Below are positions 62,422-64,000 of a stretch of DNA of 64,000 nucleotides, piece by piece. The stretch is from assembly GCF_009914755.1 (NCBI RefSeq), contig NC_060928.1. One strand, given 5' to 3'. Made by a program: the position numbers and the translations under genes. The stretch's first letter is position 1; the number at the start of each line of letters is the position of its first letter. This stretch comes from the human T2T-CHM13v2.0 reference genome, Homo sapiens. Below the pieces are notes generated by a model. It made no database searches, was not told the DNA's origin, and was given only the letters and a program-made list of their open reading frames with translations.

Positions 62422-63036
62422 CACCCAGAAATAAATCAATGTATTTACAGCCAACTGATTCTTGACAAAGCCACCAAGAACTTTCAGTAGGGGAAAGGAC
62501 AGTCTTTTCAATAAATGGTGCTAGAAAAACTGAATATCTATATGCAGAAAAATGAAACTAGACCCCTATCTCTTACTATATGCAAAAATCAGATAAAGAT
62601 GAATTAAAGACTTGAATATAAGACCTGAAACTATAAAGCTACTAGGAGAAAACATTGTGGAAATGCTTCAGGACACTGGTCTGGGAAATGATTGTTTGGA
62701 TAAGACCTCAAAAGCACAGGCAACAGAAGCAAAACTAGACATAGAATTACAACATTCTAAAAAGCTTCTTCACAGCAAAGAAAACAATAAACTCAGTAAA
62801 GAGACAACTTGCAGAATGGGAGAAAATATGTGCAAACTCTCCATCAGACAAGGGATTAATAACCAGAATATATAAGGAACTCAATAGCAATAATAAAATA
62901 ATCTAATTTACTAACGGGCAAATGATCTGAATAAACATTTCTCAAGAGAAAACATACAAATGGCCAAAAGGTACATGGAAAAAAAAATGGTCAACACCAC
63001 TAATAAAGAGAGAAATGCAAATCAAAACCACAATGT
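62422..63036 (+). mobile_element. Old L1 (L1MA-like) ORF2 3' fragment
   Basis: ORF 62612-62875 NIRPETIKLLGENIVEMLQDTGLGNDCLDKTSKAQATEAK; interrupted by the L1PA2. Confidence 0.85.
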
Positions 63037-64000
63037 GAGAGGAGCCAAGATGGCCGAATAGGAACAGCTCGGGTCTACAGCTCCCAGCCTGAGCGACGCA
63101 GAAGATGGGTGATTTCTGCATTTCCATCTGAGGTACCGGGTTCATCTCACTAGAGAGTGCCAGACAGTGGGCGCAGGTAAATGGGTGCGCGCACCGTGCG
63201 CGAGCCGAAGCAGGGCAAGGCATTGCCTCACTGGGGAAGCGCAAGGGGTCAGGGAGTTCCCTTTCCGAGTCAAAGAAAGGGGTGACTGATGCACCTGGAA
63301 AATCGGGTCACTCCCACCCGAATATTGCGCTTTTCGGACCCCCTTAAAAAACGGCGCACCACGAGATTATATCCCGCACCTGGCTCGGAGGGTCTTACGC
63401 CCACAGAGTCTCGCTGATTGCTAGCACAGCAGTCTGAGATCAAACTGCAAGGCGGCAGCGAGGCTGGGGGAGGGGCGCCCACCATTGCCCAGGCTTGCTT
63501 AGGTAAACAAAGCAGCTGGGAAGCTTGAACTGGGTGGAGCCCACCACAGCTCAAGGAGGCCTGCCTGCCTCTGTAGGCTCCACCTCTGGGGGCAGGGTAC
63601 AGACAAACAAAAAGACAGTAGTAACCTCTGCAGACTTAAATGTCCCTGTCTGACAGCTTTGAAGAGAGCAGTGGTTCTCTCAGCACGCAGCTGGAGATCT
63701 GAGAACCAGCAGACTGTCTCCTCAGGTGGGTCCCTGACCCCTGACCCCCGAGCAGCCTAACTGGGAGGCACCCCCCAGCAGGGGCACACTGACACCTCAC
63801 ACGGCAGGGTATTCTAACAGACCTGTAGCTGAGGGTCCTGTCTGTTAGAAGGAAAACTAACAAACAGAAAGGACATCCACACCAAAAACCCATCTGTACA
63901 TCACCATCATCAAAGACCAAAAGCAGATAAAACCACAAAGATGGGGAAAAAACAGAACAGAAAAACTGGAAACTCTAAAACGCAGAGCTCCTCTCCTCCT
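63037..64000 (+). mobile_element. Young L1 (L1PA2-like) complete 5' UTR and ORF1 start; runs off the window
   Basis: 'ggagccaagatggccgaataggaacagctc' (YY1 site), CpG-rich UTR of about 904 bp, PA2-type 'aaaaaacggcgcaccacgagattatatcccgcacc', ORF1 ATG GGG AAA AAA CAG at 63941. Confidence 0.93.
63270..63485 (-). CDS. Intact LINE-1 antisense ORF0, 71 aa
   Basis: MVGAPPPASLPPCSLISDCCASNQRDSVGVRPSEPGAGYNLVVRRFLRGSEKRNIRVGVTRFSRCISHPFL*; same length as, and nearly identical to, canonical primate L1 ORF0; expression not shown. Confidence 0.8.
   Translation of the reverse strand: MVGAPPPASLPPCSLISDCCASNQRDSVGVRPSEPGAGYNLVVRRFLRGSEKRNIRVGVTRFSRCISHPFL

Overview
Primate (very probably human or great ape) genomic DNA from the 3' part of TBCK, transcribed on the minus strand. 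Two coding exons are visible, 59285-59460 and 38564-38723. They splice in frame to encode most of the C-terminal rhodanese-like domain. The 20.6-kb intron between them has U12-type (minor spliceosome) signals: donor GTATCCTTT and a branch point TTCCTTAAAC close to the AG. The rest is intronic and dominated by transposable elements: a full-length Tigger1, several L1s (L1M to L1PA2), Alus, MLT1A0 and THE1 solo LTRs, an MSTA provirus with both LTRs interrupted, an LTR12C solo LTR, a deleted HERV-K(HML-5)/LTR22 provirus, MER1A, Tigger4, L2 and MIR relics. The most interesting signals are (i) an L1PA2 5' UTR with an intact antisense ORF0 pointing into TBCK, carrying a substitution that makes a phase-0 splice donor in frame with the next TBCK exon, (ii) the large, TE-filled U12-type intron with a candidate U2 poison exon inside, and (iii) a TSD-bounded ancient L1 3' transduction. 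No prokaryotic features are present. Gene and subfamily calls come from recalled consensus sequences, not database searches, and boundaries of old repeats are approximate.
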